The notes under the pieces are model-generated. The model did not search any database, was not told the DNA's origin, and saw nothing but the letters and a program-made list of their open reading frames with translations. From the NCBI RefSeq assembly GCF_006345805.1, contig NC_043012.1, positions 43,152,001-43,216,000 of the forward strand: 64,000 bases of DNA, in the 5' to 3' direction. This document shows, in pieces, positions 44,710 through 58,721 of this stretch. Made by a program: the position numbers and the translations under genes. Each line of letters begins with the position of its first letter. Positions within the stretch are counted from its first letter, which is position 1. Source of the DNA: Octopus sinensis (Eukaryota).

Positions 44710-46170
44710 CACTGGTCTGCATGATTTTTTTTTATTGGCTGTATGGTATCTTTTTCTGAATATATATGAAAAACAACAAGTCATTGTGTTTTTTATGCAT
44801 CTCTATCACATCAGGTTGTCAAGTTATACGCAGACGTTACTTTTCTCTTTTTGTATGACATAAGTTAACGATAAATTCAATATTGACTTAAATATTAAAT
44901 CTAATATATATATATATATATATATATTTTATTTTGAGTTTGTGAATATGTCTAGAAGCTGCATCAATTCACCAGATATATTCTGCTGTGTCTGCGGATA
45001 ACTCACCCCTTCAGATTCCCGGAGAAATGTTACTCCTTTCTTGAAGCGCTGCTATTTAGCTTATTTTGGCTGCAAATTGGGAGACTAGGACAAGCCATTT
45101 GCACCTCACAAAGCTTGCAAGAGTTGCATCAGTAAGCTTCAAATGTGGCTAGTTGGAAAACCTAAATGTATGCCCTTTGGAGTACCAATGGGAGTAGATG
45201 AACCATTATGATGACTGCTACTTTGGATTCAACAAGAAGATGAAAGATCGCATATACCCAAATATTCCTTCAGCAATAAGGCCTGTTCCACACTCAGATG
45301 ATATTCCTGTACCTGTGACACCTGAGGCACGGGAAATTTCATCAGAGTCTGATACTGCTGATACGAATGAGATGGAAGTAGACTATGAGCCACCAACAAA
45401 TGACTATCCCAAATTCTTCAACCAATTTGAGCTCAATGAATTGGTTAGAGACCTCAACCTTCCAGAAGAAAGTGCTCCGTTACTTGGTTCTAGACTGCAG
45501 GAACACAAGCCTCTAGCTCCAGGAACAACATTGACTTGGTACCGTCATCATGAAGCAGAATTCACTCAGTTCTTTGAGAAAGAGGATTCTTTAGTTTCTG
45601 TTCAAATATTTCTGGCCTTATTGAACACATGGGGATGTTGTACAAAGAAGATGAAGGGCGGCTCTTCTTTGATTCTTCTAACAAAAATTTAAAGGCTGTT
45701 CTTCTCTACAGTGGCAACACAACTGCATCTGTGCCAATTGGCCATAGTGTCCAAATGCCAGAAACTTACGAAAATATGAAGACAATAGTAACTGCAATCA
45801 AATACCATAATCACAATTTTCTCATTTGTGGTGATTTAAAAGTTATTGCTCTCCTACTAGGTCTTCAAGGGGGATACACTAAGTATCCCAGTTTTCTGTG
45901 TCTTTGGGGTCGTAGGGCAGACAGCCAGCACTATGAACAAAATGACTGGCTACCAAGAACTAGCTTCTTACCCCGAAATCAAACGTGAAAGCTGTTCCAC
46001 TAGTTGCCCCACCCCCAAATTCTACTGCCACCACTCCACATCAAATTAGGGCTTATGAAAAATTTTGTGAAAGCCCTAAACAAAACTGGAGCTTTTTTCA
46101 ACTACCTGGAGTCAAAGTTTCCTCGTATAAGTGAATGCAAGCTAAAAGCTAAAGTGGGCATACAGATTTG
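44710..46170 (+). mobile_element. Chapaev3-like (CMC) DNA transposon remnant with decayed transposase
   Basis: CAC 5' end. ATG at 44948 (MSRSCINSPDIFCCVCG), then YPNIPSAIRPVPHS, ELNELVRDLNL, DSSNKNLKAVLL, GDLKVIALLLGLQGGYTKYP, LLPPLHIKLGLMKNFVKAL. No 3' end seen. Confidence 0.8.
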
Positions 46171-46559
46171 ACAATCGACCATTCAGTTTATTCATTTACA
46201 TTTTGCAGAGCCATGCATGCATTCTGATGAGATTACTTTTACATTTTTGTCCAAAGTGACTAAAATGCCCAACATGGTTGCCTTTTGTTGTTGGTGTTAG
46301 GGGTTCATATTCCGCCGGTTCAGTTTTGCTTTTCAGCATTCCACTCTGGAGTTTTTAGCTAAAATACTAGCCCTGTTCTGGCTAAATATAATTGTTTATA
46401 CTCAACCCTCTTATTTTTTTCTGGGAAGGCGGTTGACACCTCTCCGTTGAGAGGTCTTTTACAAAAATCTTACATTGAAAACTTACACTTCCGAATTTCG
46501 GTTAAAATATCTTTTGCAAGGAAGAATACCAGACATCATTACCGAAGCTGCGTATTAAC

Positions 46560-48050
46560 CAATTTTTCAGTGACATGACTATGCTTCTCATAGTAGACCA
46601 AATGAAAACAGCAACGATGCTGCTGAAATAGATAACAGAAGTACAGAACCCAGTTTACGAGCAGTATATCCCAACGAGAAAGCTCAACAAAGAATAGAGG
46701 AGAACAGAGATGTGGAAAAAGAGGAGAACGTAGACCTCCCTCAAAAACACCAAAATGCATATGACACAGAATTGGAGGTGAATAATAGAGAAAAGATTAC
46801 AGAAGCAAAAGAAGACATTATGAGAGAACTGAGCAAGTTTGAGTTTAGTGACTGGATCAATAGAGAGCTTCTACCAACGTTTTCAAACAGCACAAAAATA
46901 ACAGCATAATCATGATATATAGCTTTGCTCTTAGACAGATTTGAAGAAATAAGGGAAATGATCTAACAACCTTGAATAATCCCATCTATTCCACTGCTAA
47001 AGTAGTAACTGCTCAACTAGGTATTATGATGACACAGAAAGCGGAAAGCAGCAATACAAAAAGAGATTGAATCTCTGCGGGTGGTTGTGTTAGTTCTCGA
47101 GGAACTTGCTAGAGGAGTAAATATTAAGACGAAAAACGCTATAAAACCCTAGCAAAAATATAAAACCGAACATCTTATAAACCTACCTGCAACTAAAGGA
47201 TTGTTGAAACAGCATGTACAGTTGAAAACCCGACGGCTTAGAAAGTATGTCAAAAGAATCAAATTTTATTGTCAAAACAAAGTATTCAAGACATGCAATA
47301 AATTTTATAGGGAAATTGGCAAAAGTAAGATAGAGGTAAAGGAGTCACCGAAGACTGTAGAAGTGGAAGAATTCTGGAAGAAGATATGAAGCCTGGAGAC
47401 TCGATGAAATTGAAGAGCAGAAATGGGAGGCAATAAGAATAGAAGAGCTAAGATGTGTTCTTAGAAAGTCGCATAAATGGAAAACAGCAGGACTGGACTG
47501 GTTCCCAAACTTCTGGATGAATTGTTGGACAGAAGTACACGAAAATCTCGCTATATCTCTAACTGATGTCATTCAGAACCAAGCAAATACCTGCTTGGCT
47601 GACTGAAGGAACTACATACCTACTACCAAAAACAGAAGACACAAAAAAGTCGAAGAACTACCAACCAATAACATGTCTCAACAAAAATCACCTACAAAAT
47701 CCTCACATCCATACTAACTGAAAGAATATACGCTTTCTTTGAACAGAACTCTATCCTTCCACAAGCTCAAAAAGATTGTAAAAGACGTTCTTACAGGTGC
47801 AAAGACTAATTACTAATAAATAAAAGGTTTGTAGAGAATTGTCAGAACAAACACATGAACCTGAGTATTTCGCTACTGCCTCCACCACTTCCCGTCCCCA
47901 AGCTTTCAGTTATACTGTAATATCTATTATCCTTTACTTGCCCTAACGAGCTGTGTGTCTCTGGGCAAGTGATTGCAACAAAAAATAACATCATCAGCAG
48001 CAACAAGAACAAGAACAAGAACAACAACAACAATTATAATAATAACAATA
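46560..48050 (+). mobile_element. Decayed, internally deleted copy of R4/Dong family A
   Basis: EENVDLPQKHQNAYDTELEVNNREKI matches the 1166-aa ORF. The sequence jumps near 47865 to the family-A 3' UTR and ends in AAC/AAT repeats. Confidence 0.85.
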
Positions 48051-48294
48051 AGCAGGACCTGTGGGAATTCAACGGTATAAGTCAACACATTTGAACACAA
48101 ACTAGGAGTTTCAAAATATTCTTTTGATACCCTGCCATTTAATAAGGTATTGCTTACTTACCTCCTTGTAATATGTTTGATAGATATAAGGAAATAAAAG
48201 ATGAATTAAAAAAATAAAAGTCAATCATATATATTGATTAACTGTTTATTATTTACAATTTTGTTAAATATCTGTCCCTGTGCCTTATTTATTG

Positions 48295-48415
48295 CCAGCC
48301 TTTCAGGGAAGGTTGGTGTCATTTGGAGTCAGCTTCATGCGAGGTATTAGGATGCGTATTCCTTCTTGTGCACCTGTTATTGAAGTGGCTTCAATGCAAT
48401 TATTGTGGTGGCTGA
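48295..48415 (-). mobile_element. Helitron-type Pif1 helicase fragment
   Basis: HNNCIEATSITG..RILIPRMKLTPNDTNLP resembles the conserved Pif1/RepHel C-terminal segment. Confidence 0.55.
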
Positions 48416-48910
48416 TACAGTCTCCATGTAGTATCTCCTGATTTAAAAAAAAATAATCCTCTTTATTTTCTCTCTTTTTAGCTAATATCGTCAATAGTTA
48501 TTCATATTTTATAAACAAATGTTTTGATTGAATTAAAGGCACATGTGTTAAGTGAGGGAATTAAAAAAAGTAAAAATATATAAACAAACTACACTGTTCG
48601 CTGTTCCACCATCAACAAGGCTCAATCCGAGTTATTTACAAATACAGAATACTTACAGTTCTTGGCATACCTCCACATCTGTGTCCTTCGACTTTGTTAC
48701 CTCATAACTTGCAGAAACTGGATATTTTTCAAAGGAATTTTCGGCAAATATATTTCAGATAGGGTACATTGCGATTATATCACAATTTCTGATGATATTT
48801 TTTTCTGAGAGTGGGGAGAGAGTTTCGGAAATCTCACACGAGTCGGTTTTGTTTCCTCATAACTTTCGGAAAAATGAATATCTTTTGAATAAAATTTGCA
48901 ATAAGTACTT

Positions 48911-48972
<62 letters not shown>

Positions 48973-49651
48973 GGAGGGAGGGAGAGAGAGAAAGAGAATG
49001 GATAGGCGGAAAAGAAAGAACGAAACAGCGAAAGAACAGCAAAGAAAAGAACGAAAGGGAATAGTTGAACCAGTGAAATATATATATATATATAAAACAC
49101 CGTTGCCCCTGCAATGGAACACATAAAAGATAAAAGTGTAACTTCCATACCCAAGTTAATTCCACTTTAACTATATATCGACATATCTTTGAAAACATAA
49201 AATGATAGTTTCATTACATTAACCATTTCGATCGTACCTGCGTTTATAACAGACAAATGCGGAATAATATAAATCTTCTATGTCCCCTTCACTCTCTGTA
49301 TTAAAATAGAATTCTGTCTGTCTGTCCGTGTGTGTCTCTCCTTGTTGTGATGAAAATTACGATGCCCCCTTGCAAGAGATAGAATGGTCCGAGTAAAGTA
49401 TAAATAGTAACGATCCGAGTGAGTTCATAGTTCAGAGTCGAGTGAAATTCGTGTTAGTTCGCAGTGAAGTCGGAAGGTGTCGGTTAGTTAGTTCAGAAGG
49501 AATTTTGATTATTGGTTTGTAAAGAGATTTGTTAGTTTGTTACATTGTTTATCTTATTTATTTTACGTAACAATAAACATCTGGTGACGAGTGTTTCGAA
49601 GCTGACGTAGGTTATTTAACAATTTATTCATAATACAACTTGTTAAATAAT

Positions 49652-50035
49652 CTTTTCTACTCTAGGCACAAGGCCTGAAATTTTTGGGGAGAATGCCAGT
49701 CGATTAGATCAACTCTAGTAAGCAACTGGTACTTAATTTATCGACCCCGAAACGATGAAAGGTAGAATCGACCTCGGCGGAATTTGAACTCAGAACGTAA
49801 AGACAGACGAAATATCTATTTCTTTACTACCCACAAGGGGCTAAACACAGAGGGGACAAACAAGGACAAACAAACGGATTAAATCGATTACACCGACCTC
49901 CAGTGCGTAACTGGTACTTAATTTATCGACCCCGAAAGGATGAAAGGCGGAATTTGAACTCAGAACGTAACGGCAGACGAAATACGGCTACGCATTTCGC
50001 CCGGAGTGCTAACGTTTCTGCCAGCTCGCTGCTTT
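49652..50035 (-). mobile_element. Composite SINE family A copy with 15-bp TSD
   Basis: AACTTGTTAAATAAT at 49637-49651 and 50036-50050; same composite layout as 4950-5348. Confidence 0.92.
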
Positions 50036-50132
50036 AACTTGTTAAATAATGGAAGACCTATTAGCTTCCATAGTACAATTGCAAAAGCAACAACAAGAGC
50101 AACAACAGAAGTTGCCGAAACAGCTATAACAG

Positions 50133-51068
50133 TGTAGCAATATTGTTTTCTTCATTGCTATCTTCACTGTTTGAGAAAAATATTAAGAATGATCTCGTTT
50201 GAGATTACAAACATCTTTGGCTAGTTTAACCTTGTTGTGTCCACTATTATGATTGGTTAGCATCTAAGCGCGGTCCGTCTCTATACTTATTTCGCGCCAG
50301 TGTGTAAACTGACCAATCACGGCTTTCGGATAGGACTTTTCATTTGAGCCAACACGATTCAACGTCTTTCGGCTTAAGACCTTTTAAGGTCTTGGTCGGA
50401 GACCACACACAGCTTACTCAACCAGGTTCCAGTTCGAAAGGCAGACGACAGCCAAGCCAACCATAATATGAAGACGTTATTGTAAACCAGCGACAGACAT
50501 AACGTCATCACCAACATCGAGTGTTTGTTGGATGTCACTGAACTCCACGACACTCACTCTTTTGAGACATCGGTAATTTTCATGCCATTTCTAAAGTTAA
50601 TCACAAGTCTATTTTGATTTGTTGGTTAATGTATTAGTTAGAATTAAGAAATTAGTTAATGAATTTATAGTCGTTCTTCTACACGACAAAGTTATCTTTC
50701 TTTCCTACTGTAAATAATATAAAATGTTATATTTATATAATAAAACTAATTAAAAGAAAATGTTTCTCTTCACGTTTGTTTTTCAACTAAGCATAAATAA
50801 TTATGCAATTCTGTAATCCTTAATTTATGTTTTCTTATAGCGGTTAAAAGGACACGAAGAAAATATTCAACATACATGTCATTAATATTCATAGCGTTTC
50901 ATGTGTATATGTCTCTATGACGTTATATACTGTAGTTAGGGTTTTAGGTATAATGATAACACTTGAGTATAAGTGACGTTAATCATTATATTCTCCCTTA
51001 CTCAGAAAAAAGCCACATCAAATAATATAAACTAAGAGAAAGCTTAAAGTTTAAAACAAAAACCGCCA
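50133..51068. mobile_element. ~935-bp TG...CA non-coding insertion (solo-LTR-like) within Gypsy gag
   Basis: TAACAG direct repeat at 50127-50132 and 51069-51074; the Gln-rich gag sequence resumes afterwards. Confidence 0.6.
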
Positions 51069-53003
51069 TAACAGCAACAACTACAACAAAAATTATTGGA
51101 GCTATATTCAAGTTCGTTTTCGCCAGAGGGCGTTTCGAACTCGATTAATGAATTCAGTTATAACCCAGATAACTTTTGCATCATACTACAGAGAGTACGA
51201 GGAGATTTTTAAGCAAGATTTCAAATCAAGGCCGAACGAACAAAAAGTGAGATTGCTATTGCGAAAATTAGCTCCATTAGAGCGTGAACGTTACTGTAAT
51301 TTCATATTGCTCAAATAAACCCAATAAAATCTGCTTTAAAGAAACAATAGAATTAGTGTCTAACATATTCAGCGATAAAAACTTTTCTATTTAACACCCG
51401 TATGGAGTGTTGGAATACAACGAAAATAGAGAATAAGGATTTTGTTACATACGCAGGAACAGTCAACAGGATGTGTGAAAGGTTTAAACTCAAAGAACTT
51501 ACACCTGAGATGTTAAAATGTCTTATTTTCGTACAAGACCTTACAAGCAAGCGAAGATACAGAAATTCGCGCAAGAATTCTTTCTAAATTGGATCAAGTG
51601 AACCAAGATCTAACCTTACAGTCCGTGACAGAAGAATGTCAAAAGATAGAAAAGCTGAAACACGATGTAGAGAAAATTCAAGAAAAGGATTTCTCAAAAA
51701 TCCAACCGGAAAAGTACTACAAAAAAAAAAGAAAAAAGAAAGAGTACCACGTCCTAATCTTGGATGTGGGGGCATAAAAAATGTTACAGTTGCAAAAGAA
51801 TTGGTTACAAGGGTTCACACTGCAGAACAAAATTACGATGGTCAAACGTTAAAAATCCTAGAATGCTCTCAGCAGAAACAAAAATCGACTCCCAAATAAG
51901 AAAATTCGAACACGTATAAATAAATGGAATACATATTAAACTTCAATTGGATACTGGAAGTGATATCTCTATAATAAATATGGACACATGGAAGAAAATA
52001 AGAAAACCTGTGTTGAAAAAAACAGCAAAATATGCTCGTAGCGTGACGGGCGACAAATTACCTTTCATAGGCGAAATGCGAACTGTCACATTTCGAGGGA
52101 AAACATGCAAGGCAAAAGTCTTCGTCGTTAAAAATGCAACCGATTTGTTTGGTACCGATTGGTTAGAATTGTTCAATTTATGAGACCTCTCTATGAATCT
52201 CTATTGCAAAAACGAAAATTATTCGTCTGAAAATTTGGAGAGAAAATTTTTTAAAATGTTTCCGCAAGTACTCTCGGACAAACTAGGTCTATGGACAAAG
52301 ACTGAAGCGTGTTTTGAATTAGATGATAACGTTACAATTGTGTTGAAGCCTAATAAGAAAGTGCCTTTTGCGGCAACAAAGCAAATGGACAATGAGTTGG
52401 ACAGATTGGAAAAAAAACGGAATCATTGAAAAAGTAGATGACGCGAAATAGGAAGTTCCGAATGTATGGATAAAAAAGAAAAATAACAAAATTAGGTTGT
52501 CTACCGATTTTTCGACCAGTTTAAATGACTGTTTAAAAATGAACCACTATCCACTACCGACCCCAGAAAATATTTTTACAAAACTAAACGGAAGAAAAAT
52601 ATTTTGAAAACTCGATCTGTCTGACGCATATCTACAAATAAAAGTAGATAAAAATGCTCAAAGATGTTAAAGGTCAAGACGCACAGAGGTCTATACAAAT
52701 ACAATAGACTACCTTTTGGGCTGAAGGTAGTACCTGCAATATTTCATCTGGTGATAGACTGTCAATTTGCTATTCCTTTCCCTGATGACGAGTTAATCAA
52801 AAGCAAATCGCGGAATGAGCAGATCAACACGTGAAGTGTGTCGTTAAAATAAGTAAGGATTATGGTTTCACATTCAGTGAAGAGAAGTGTGAATATTTTT
52901 GCCTAAAATCAAATACATAGGTCAAATCGTAGATAAGAGTGGAAGAAGTCCTGACTCGTTGAGGGTAGAAGCAATGAAGAATATGCTTCCGCCAACGAAT
53001 ATA

Positions 53004-54288
53004 CGAGGGACGTTCAATAAGTAATGCCTCTGACCCACTTGCAGTTGTTGGATCTAGCTGAAATTTTGCATGTGCAATCATTTATATCTCTATAGAGTGA
53101 GTAAGTGGCAAATTACAGCTCTGAATTAATTGTGGTTTCTGATTTACAGGTGTTTGAACCGAGTCAAGTGTGAAATGGAGCCTGTTGAGTGTCGAGCAGT
53201 GATCCGGTTTTTGTATTTGAAAGGACGCATACCACGGGAGACTTTTGATGAAATGAAAGTAACTTATGGTGATGATGCCCCATCATATGACCTTGTAAAA
53301 CGCTGGCATCGTGAATTCAAACATGGTCGGAACTCTGTGGAAACAGCTCCCAGATCTGGTCGCCCCTTCTGCCATTGATGAAGCATCTGTCCGCCAAGTT
53401 GAGGCTGCCATCTTGGAAGATCGACGCATAATTATTCGCCAAATAGCCCATGAGGTCAAGATTAGTACCGGGTCTGTGGAAACTATAATTCATGACCATT
53501 TGCATATGCAAAAGGTGTCTGCTAGATGGATTCCCAGGTTGCTCACGCCTTTCCAGAAGCAAGAACGCGTCGAGTGCTTGAGGGAGATATACCAAGAAGA
53601 TGAGTCAAAATTTTTCAAAAGACTGATTACACAGGATGAAACCTGGGTCCATCATGATGATCCAGAGACCAAAGCCCAGTCAATGCAGTGGAAGCACCGT
53701 GACTCACCCCCTCCAAAGAAGGCAAGGGTGCAGCCCTCCGCTGGCAAGGTCATGCTCACAGTCTTCTGGGACCAGGACAGAGTAGTGATGACAGATTTCC
53801 TGGCAAAGGGTACCACAATTGCAGGAGCCTATTATGCTTCACTTTTGAGGAAATTAAGAGAAGTTATCAAAATCAAGAGGCGGGGCAAGATCAGCAAATA
53901 CATCCTCCTCCTGCAGGACAACGCTCCGGTCCACAACTCGCGTGTCGCCAGATCAGAAGCACAGGCGTATGGCTATGAATTCCTCCCCCATCCCCCTACT
54001 TTCCTGACCTTGCACCCTCTGATTTTCACCTGTTCCCAGTCATGAAGTTGTTTTTGAAAGGAAAGCGTTTCCCAGATGATGCAGCCTTGATTTCTGAAGT
54101 CACGTTCAGGTTGGAGGACCAAGCTGGGGTCTTCTACAAAAACGGTCTCCAGAGCTGCATCAAACGATGGGAGAAATGCGTAACTCTGTGTGGTTCCTAT
54201 GTAAAAAAAGACTAATAACTGTGCCAAGTTCCGTTGCTCTACTGCTATGGGAAGTGGGTCAGGGGCATTACTTATTGAACGCCCTTCG
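53004..54288 (+). mobile_element. Full-length mariner transposon with frameshifted transposase (53175-54215)
   Basis: TIRs CGAGGGACGTTCAATAAGTAATGCC / GGCATTACTTATTGAACGCCCTTCG; TA duplication; motifs WIPRLL, TQDETW, QDNAPVH, (S)PDLAPSDF. Confidence 0.95.
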
Positions 54289-54979
54289 TACCGACATTAC
54301 AAACTTTCTTTGACCTTGGAGATTACTATCAACAGTGCATTCCAAATATATATATAAATTGAGAGCACCATTAAACAATTTACTAAAAAAAGGAAATAAA
54401 ATGGAATAAAATATATTGGTCAGTAAAGTGCCAAAACGCATTTGAAGACATAAAGAAAATACTAGTTTCTACTTGTCACTAGTGCATTTCGATCCTAGAA
54501 TGGACATTGCTGTAGCGTCCGATGCGTCGGAGTATGGAATAGGAGAAGTCTTGCTACACGAGTATAAAGATGCAAATAGCAGCGGAAAAAATGTATAGTC
54601 ACATAGAGGAGGCTCTATCGATTATTTTTGCAGTAAAAAAATTTCCCAAATTTCTACATGGTAGAAGCTTTTTGTTAAAAACTGACCATCGACCGTTACT
54701 ATTAATTTTTGGATCAAAAAAGGGATTGTCTACCCATACAGCGAACCGACTACAATTTTAAGATGCAGTATATTCCGACGAAGAAAATTGGTCATGTTTA
54801 TCAAGGCTAATTCCCAAGAGCGTGATAGCGTCATTGCAGTCAGAAAATGAAGTAAGAAGTATTGTGTTTGATGTAATCTAGGAACTGCCGGTGACAGCGC
54901 ATGATATAAAAATGAAATATGTAGAGGGTAGTTACATTACAAGACTGAAAAAAATTTGAAAAAATAAGCATAATAAATA

Positions 54980-55660
54980 TACGGTGGTCCGGATCACGAA
55001 GTTGAAATTGATGAAAATTTACTCTTCAAAAAGAAGAGCAACGTCGGCAAGATGGGCCATCAACCGTAGGTGGTCGGCTGTTATGACACCACTGTAAAGA
55101 AAGTTTTCTTACAGCGCATCCGAGACAGGAGCACAGCAACACTCGAAGCTGTGATAAGAAAGAATGTGTTGCCAGGCACGGTCATTTATACAGATAAATG
55201 GGCCATCTACCACAATTTACATGATCTCAAATATGTTCACCGAACTGTAAACTATTCTAAAAACTTTGTGGATTCGGACATCGGCGCCTGCACGAACCAC
55301 ACTGAGGCCTATTGGTCAAGGATAAAAAGACGAGATCAAGTACGTCAGTGGATCCTTGGGGGATATGAAATGGGCTCGTGTGGATGAATCTATGTGCAGA
55401 GAAATTTAGGACTTCACAACCAGAAATAAATTTCAAAATTTCGATAAATTTCTTAAACATATTGCCGAGATTCTTACTCCCTAAATCCAGCTACCTCTTA
55501 AATACAGATGTTCCGACGCTTCTACGTAACCCTAACCCTAAAAGCTAATCCTAAAACTAACCCTAACTAACTCCAACCCTAATCAACCCTAAAACTAACC
55601 GTAACCCTAACTAAATCTAATCCCAACGAGTGGGCACTGTAAAAACATCATATCGTTACG
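54980..55660 (+). mobile_element. Merlin/IS1595(ISXO2)-like transposase remnant with TAACCC-like subterminal repeats
   Basis: EVEIDE, VIYTDKW, HRTVNYSKNFVD, TNHTEAYWSRIKR; degenerate (TAACCC)n at 55527-55625. Confidence 0.8.
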
Positions 55661-56559
55661 TAGATGCATCAGGACCTTTGTTTTTAAGTAGTGTCTAAAT
55701 TCCAACGGCACACAGGAAGTGTTAAACCAGCTTGCTCCGGAATTTCGATACATTGCTAAAACATATCGCCGAGGTTTATCCCTCGAAAATACTGCGCCTC
55801 ACTTCACGAGGCATTAAACCACTCGGTCGTAAAAAAAAAAAACAAAAAAAAAAAACAAAAAAAAAAAAAAAAACCAACACTTTAGTTTCAATTTGTGTCA
55901 CAGTATACCTCATTTTACCCAGGGAAATTTCTCTGAAAGGCATCTTTGCCGAAAGATGAGTAGACTGATTACATATTTCTTTCATTATCTTATCGCAAAT
56001 ATCCATTTTTTGTGAAAGTTATGAGGAAACAAAGTCGAGGAGGAACACTTGAGTAAGAATGCGTACAAAGTATGTACGTGTGTGCCAAACAGGTTGTCGG
56101 AGATTTTATTAATGTGTGGTGAGAGATGAGGTGAAATTGAAATTAAAAACATTTTTTGTATAACTCGACACCATTCAATACCCTTGGCAAAAATCGGCAT
56201 TTCAAAATTTCAATTTTACACCCATCTCACCCCACCCAATTTCTTCATGTTTCACGCTTTTCAAAATTTTTATGAGGTGAAATACCTCTTTTGGATTACT
56301 GTTTTCGCTATCGGAATTCACGATTTCGCAAAAACAGGAAATACCTTTTAATTTCAATTTCAATAAAGGGTCACGTGAAAAGACTGCTTGAAGGGCTATG
56401 TAATGCGCGAGTTGGAAAAGCCCTACACATGCGCAATGACCGAAAGGTTTTAAAAACATCCTGTACATACTGTACATTGGCGAGGGGTGGGGTGAGGGAT
56501 TTTTTTCTTAAATTGAAATTTTAAAACATTTTTTTTCCAGGTTCATAATCTCCGTATTT

Positions 56560-57335
56560 TTCCACATATTTCGCACACCTGTTCACCGTCATGGAAGCGC
56601 TGGAGATATAATCTTAGCGCATGCATGCACATAATCAACCACGGTACGCCCAGTTCACCACGCAACGGATGTTGACAGTAGACAGAAAGTCTAGAATTCG
56701 TCCCTTTTTCTGGGTGAGAGTAGTCTTCTTGCTCGTTACCCAGTCCCAGTTTTTGTCTATCAGGAGGTCCGAACCGAACCAGGCCCTGAGCAATTTAACC
56801 GGTCCGTCCGTCGAACGCCCAACAACGCAGTTGGACTGCGTGGACATTCTTCTCCAGGTGCTGAGCCCACTAACTATTCCTGGTTAATTTTCGCTCCTGA
56901 TACCACCTCGTAGTCCCTGAGAATGGTGCCAGTTATTTCACTGTGTTTATTTTTCGATACCACCAGGGTGACGTCGTCGGCATATGCTGACACAGATCTC
57001 CCACAACGTAGGTCACGCGGGTGGGCCCATCAACATTTCCAGCTTCTGTAGCTGTAGTTCGAGAATCAGTAGGTACAACAGAGACGAGAGGGGTAACAGT
57101 GGTGGGCCAAGCGCATGATGTTGAATGGTTCCCAGATCACTCTGACCACTGAACAGATGCCACTGTGCATTGCAATGATCCGTCCTCTGGATACAGGCCC
57201 GGAACCGGCTGCCTTCAGGACCACCGTCAGGTACAGACGGCCAACCATATCGAAAGATTTGAGTTGATGTAAATTGATTAGGAACCACCTGTGCCAGGTT
57301 CTTCAGCCACCTTCTTTATCATGTATGACATATGG
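56560..57335 (-). mobile_element. Decayed Tx1/L1-clade ORF2 (RT) fragment
   Basis: YLTVVLKAAGSGP, SLLYLLILE, AYADDVTL, VKLLRAWFG; same type as 39780-40875. Confidence 0.75.
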
Positions 57336-57791
57336 TTGAGTTGTTAGAGTAGAATCTCTTCTACATGTGTCATATATATTGCAACTTACCTAAAATGATA
57401 GGTCTTAGCTACTCCCAAACAGGCAATACTGTTAGATATATAACAACAACAGATAAATACCTCCTAGTCATTATGCTGTGTAAAACTTTCGGACACGCAG
57501 TTTGGAAGATGTTCCAGTTGATATTTATATCAACTGGAAAATTATTGGAAAAGAATACGTATATTATGGAGTTACTTGGATTAAACAAAATAAATAATGG
57601 GAAAAAGCTTCAAATTGCTATCCAATTTTTTTTTCATTTCTGCCAAAGAAATTTTATCATATTTTCGGAGTTTATTTTAGCTAAAAACAAACGAATTGAA
57701 TGTATTTTACGAAAATATAGTCAGTAGGAAAACATACAAGAAAGATAATTCTATTTTATTTTTTAGAGTTAATTCCCTTGTCATTATTTTA

Positions 57792-57990
57792 AGGCGGCGA
57801 GCTGGCAGAATCGTTAGTATGCCAACCAATATGCTTAGAGGCATTTCGCCCGTCTTTATGTTCTGAGTTCAAATTTCGGCGAGGTCGACTTCGCCTTTCA
57901 TCCTTTTGGGGTCGATAAATCAGGTACCAGTGAGACACTGGGGTCGATGTACCCGATTTGTTCCCTACCCACAAATTTCAGGCCTTGTAG
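57792..57990 (+). mobile_element. SINE family A copy
   Basis: GGCGGCGAGCTGGCAGAATCGTTAG head plus the Nin-like core. Confidence 0.88.
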
Positions 57991-58272
57991 CTTTAGCCGA
58001 ATGCTGCACTAATTCCCTTTTTATTATAAAATCCCGTCCTTCGAACTGTAGACCAATAAGCACCTCCACCAATTCTATTGAAATGTTTCTGCAGAAGTCA
58101 TAAGTTCTCTTCGAGCCTTGTCTTCCTTAAGGGATAATTTCTGTCTCTTACTCTTTTTTGTTTTTCCGCACCATTATATTACATCTACTAAAATTCGTTG
58201 TGTCCCTTAGATGTTCGTTGTAATGCGATTCACTCTATTATGAATGCTTTGGTTTTACTTTAGTGTTTAAAT

Positions 58273-58716
58273 ACGAAGGGGTACCCAAAAGAAACCGGAA
58301 TTTTAAAATAGTTTATTCACCCAGTTTTACAGGTTTACACTTTTTCGCCTTCAAAGTATTCTCTGTTTGACGCAATGCATCGGATTGGAGGCGTTTTCCA
58401 CTGTCCGAAGCAGTGCTGGAATTCTTGCAAAGTGATGCCTTTCAACGCCTACGTCGTTTTTTTCTTCACCTCTTCAACATCTGCAAATTACGTAGCACCA
58501 GCTTTCATCATCAGTGATGACTTTCAACAGAAGGTGCAGTTCAATTTCCAACTGTTCTTTCGGTTTACGATACGCATTTATCTGTGACTGCTTTTGATCT
58601 TCCGTGGGCAACTTTTGTCATTCGCAATTCCTCGTTCAAAATTCGTTGGAAGGAGCTCCAGGACATACCAGTCATATCAAAGAGTTCGTCAATTGTTCGG
58701 TGATGGTCCTCCAAGA
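58273..58716 (-). mobile_element. Internally deleted mariner remnant (different family from 53004)
   Basis: TA-CGAAGGGGTACCCAAAAG terminus; HTH fragment ILEDHHRTIDEL..SFQRILNEELRMTKVA. Confidence 0.7.
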
Positions 58717-58721
58717 TTATT

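Larger units (their letters stand above)
49343..54970 (+). mobile_element. Decayed Gypsy LTR retrotransposon (5' LTR 49343-~49579, PBS 49582, gag, protease, RT, RNase H) with nested insertions
   Basis: TG..CA LTR followed by TGGTGACGAG; protease QLDTGSDISII; RT remnants (LDLSDAYLQ, YNRLPFGL); RNase H ASDASEYGIG..ALSIIFAVKKF..TDHRPLL. No integrase or 3' LTR seen. Confidence 0.88.

Noticed and set aside
49210-49290. Degenerate hammerhead-like arrangement (minus AGAAGA..CGAAATGGTTA)
   Set aside because: Core and stems too degraded to support a call.
55527-55625. Interstitial telomere
   Set aside because: Degenerate and short, and lies directly after a Merlin-like transposase; better explained as a transposon subterminal repeat.
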